Origin: Podarcis gaigeae
Lineage: Eukaryota
DNA length: 64,000 nucleotides
Direction: 5' to 3' (one strand)
Assembly: GCA_964106915.2 (NCBI GenBank)
Contig: OZ066916.1
Below the pieces are notes generated by a model. That model was not told the origin of the DNA and made no database searches. It saw nothing but the letters and a program-made list of their open reading frames with translations. This document shows, one piece after another, positions 63,501 to 64,000 of this stretch (position 1 is its first letter; every line of letters begins with the position of its first letter). Both the position numbers and the translations under genes were made by a program.

Positions 63501-63778
63501 TTTTGCACAGGGAAAGAGGTCCTGATCCAATATCTTTTCAGCTACCCAACCCCGCAGGCACTCTCCGCCTGCTTTTGTTTTGTGTTTCCTCTGTACCTTC
63601 CCAAGGGCCAGCAGTCCCGACTCCCATTCCCCAGTGGCATGTCCAGTTTGGGATGGAACTGGCAATTTAGCCTGATGCCTAGAGACTTGCCTGATAGTGA
63701 CAATGGGCATATCCCTAAAAGACAGGTGGGTGCATTTGTTGCAAGTGTGTTGGATGAATTGCTAGGAGGGGGGTGCAT

Positions 63779-63972
63779 TTAGATGTCAAGGAAATAAACA
63801 ACTCTCTGACTTTTAGAAGACATTTGAAGGCAGCCCTGTTTAGGGAAGTTTTTAATGTTTGATGTTTTATCTCTTTTTTATTATTAATATCCTGTTGCGA
63901 GCCACCCAAAGTGACTGAGGAAACCCAGCCAGATGGGCAGGGTATAAATAATAATTTATTATTATTATCATT
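63779..63972 (+). mobile_element. L2 LINE 3' end, same family as 14870-15592
   Basis: gatgtcaaggaaataaacaac...gaagacatttgaaggcagccctgtttagggaag...cagatgggcagggtataaataataa. Confidence 0.85.
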
Positions 63973-64000
63973 AAATTAGTATAAATTAGTATGCATTTAA

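Noticed and set aside
48750-64000. Exons of the syntenic neighbour TMEM244, and LAMA2 in 1-5000
   Set aside because: No matching peptide recognised. ORF 50269..50553 ends VSKL but otherwise does not resemble TMEM244.

Overview
Squamate reptile genomic DNA, probably a lacertid lizard judging by the Sauria/Squam SINE and MITE content. The window holds a complete 15-coding-exon ARHGAP18 (Rho GTPase-activating protein 18) gene on the minus strand. The ATG is at 48119 in a CpG island and the TGA stop ends at 5243. All introns are GT-AG with compatible phases, giving a 2007-nt CDS (668 aa) with the RhoGAP arginine finger intact. I recognise no other protein-coding gene. The rest is intronic or intergenic DNA with Sauria and Squam3-like SINEs, L2/CR1/Penelope remnants, and many Tc1/mariner-Tigger and hAT MITEs, including two nested insertions. 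I cannot demonstrate a wholly new biological system. The best leads are: (1) two ~98% identical, inverted, young Sauria SINEs that bracket exactly exons 9+10 (243 nt, phase 0-0), the layout expected for circRNA, in-frame skipping or A-to-I editing; (2) a 1.67-kb ORF-less L1-type retroposon with a 19-bp TSD, a CpG-rich head, a splice donor and a poly(A) signal, lying sense in intron 1; (3) a nested DNA transposon carrying nine 60-bp hairpin repeats; (4) gene-level oddities: a uORF whose stop overlaps the main ATG, tandem exon-1 donors, and an 18-nt duplication that created a second exon-12 donor. Comparisons with human ARHGAP18 and repeat-family names come from memory, not from database searches.
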